This document shows positions 63,052 to 64,000 of a stretch of DNA of 64,000 nucleotides, piece after piece. Origin of the DNA: Selaginella moellendorffii (taxonomy: Eukaryota > Plantae > Lycopodiophyta); contig NW_003314366.1 in the NCBI RefSeq assembly GCF_000143415.4, positions 372,001-436,000 of the forward strand, given 5' to 3'. Made by a program: the position numbers and the translations under genes. The notes under the pieces were generated by a model that searched no databases, was not told the DNA's origin, and worked only from the letters and a program-made list of their open reading frames with translations. Each line of letters opens with the position of its first letter. Position 1 is the first letter of the stretch.

Positions 63052-64000
63052 CTAGTTACGGCGGTCATCTCGATTCTCCGGCTGGTCGCTGGCCGAGGAG
63101 CTTCCATGCTGCTGCTGCGACGAAGACGACGATGGAGGAGCAGGAGCTGGGGCTGGTGGCGGAGACGAAGACGAGCGAAATGGCCATGGAAACTGGAACG
63201 AGACTCGCCTGTTACTCCGGGGCTCCTCCGCCGGTCTCGAGCTCCCGCTGTCCTGGTGGTGCTGGTGACCATCCAGATTTAAGTTCGCTCCAGATCCCCA
63301 GAGAGTGAAACCACGACCAGGGCCGCCGCCGCCACCGCTAGCAGCAGCACCACCGATCTCGGCATTCGCAGCCCGGCTGGCTTGAGCCCCGCCTCGCCCC
63401 GGTGCAGTGTTGTTATACTCTGGATCGTCGGTCGGCATCTCGTGCCTGCAAACCGGGCAGGAGTTGTGCTGCGCCAACCATGGTAGGATACAGTCGCCGT
63501 GGTAGAGGTGCTTGCACGGCATCTGTCTCACCTCCGACCCCAGCTCAAACTCGTCCTTGCACACCGCGCACTGCCCACCGTCACCGCTCATGTGTTCGCT
63601 GGTGATGCTCACCACTGGCATGGCTTCGATCGCTGTCTTGGACGCCGGTGGAGTGCCATACCTGTTGGGATCATTCTCTGCGAGTTGCTGGATCAGCTGG
63701 TCCAGGCCCGGCCCGAAGAAGTAGTCTCCAAAGTTTGCCGGCAAGCGTCGAGCTCCAGTGCCCGTGTCGAAGAACACCTCCACGTTTCCACCTCTGCCTC
63801 CAAACATGTTCTGGACGAGGATCATGGGATCAAGTGGATCCGCGTGGTCGGCGCCGTCTCTTTGATTCGCACCAGCGCTGTTGTTGTTGTTGTTGTTGTT
63901 GTCTCGACTTTGCTGGAGAATCGCGGACATGGCCTGGAGAACCTGGAAAATTGGAGGATGACGAACACCTTGGTTACCAGCGGGAGGAGTATCGCCATCA
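63052..64000 (-). CDS. RING-H2 E3 ubiquitin ligase (BTL/RNF126-like), 5' end outside the window
   Basis: GTPPASKTAIEAMP, CAVCKDEF...MPCKHLYHGDCILPWLAQHNSCPVCR. Confidence 0.92.
   Translation of the reverse strand, partial: DGDTPPAGNQGVRHPPIFQVLQAMSAILQQSRDNNNNNNNSAGANQRDGADHADPLDPMILVQNMFGGRGGNVEVFFDTGTGARRLPANFGDYFFGPGLDQLIQQLAENDPNRYGTPPASKTAIEAMPVVSITSEHMSGDGGQCAVCKDEFELGSEVRQMPCKHLYHGDCILPWLAQHNSCPVCRHEMPTDDPEYNNTAPGRGGAQASRAANAEIGGAAASGGGGGPGRGFTLWGSGANLNLDGHQHHQDSGSSRPAEEPRSNRRVSFQFPWPFRSSSSPPPAPAPAPPSSSSSQQQHGSSSASDQPENRDDRRN

Overview
Plant nuclear DNA. Compact genes with ~45-100 nt introns, the PPR type and the UGT type suggest the lycophyte Selaginella; this is an inference. 1-26340 is a nested Ty3/gypsy LTR-retrotransposon pile. 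It holds a decayed pol (element D), a decayed chromodomain-bearing element (B, + strand), a non-coding LARD-like family (A, satellite-containing LTRs), several solo LTRs with 5-bp TSDs, and two 5S-rRNA-carrying TRIMs (Cassandra-type). 26.7-64 kb is gene-rich: three tandem UDP-glycosyltransferases, a PLS-DYW PPR, an IMPACT-like gene, MFT, an AT-rich duplicated region with captured gene fragments, an LRR receptor-like protein, an ENT transporter, a CABIN1-like gene, a group-X ERF and a RING-H2 E3 ligase. Main novelties: (1) two short GT-AG intron-like inserts that precisely interrupt conserved integrase motifs of element B; (2) the 5S-bearing TRIMs and the LARD-like family share PBS, PPT and LTR-end sequence with B, suggesting a three-tier host/parasite retroelement system; (3) a TRIM with an LTR-less PPT-PBS tandem junction; (4) tRNA T-arm/B-box hairpins conserved in the non-coding 3' regions of A and B. 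All alignments were done by eye.
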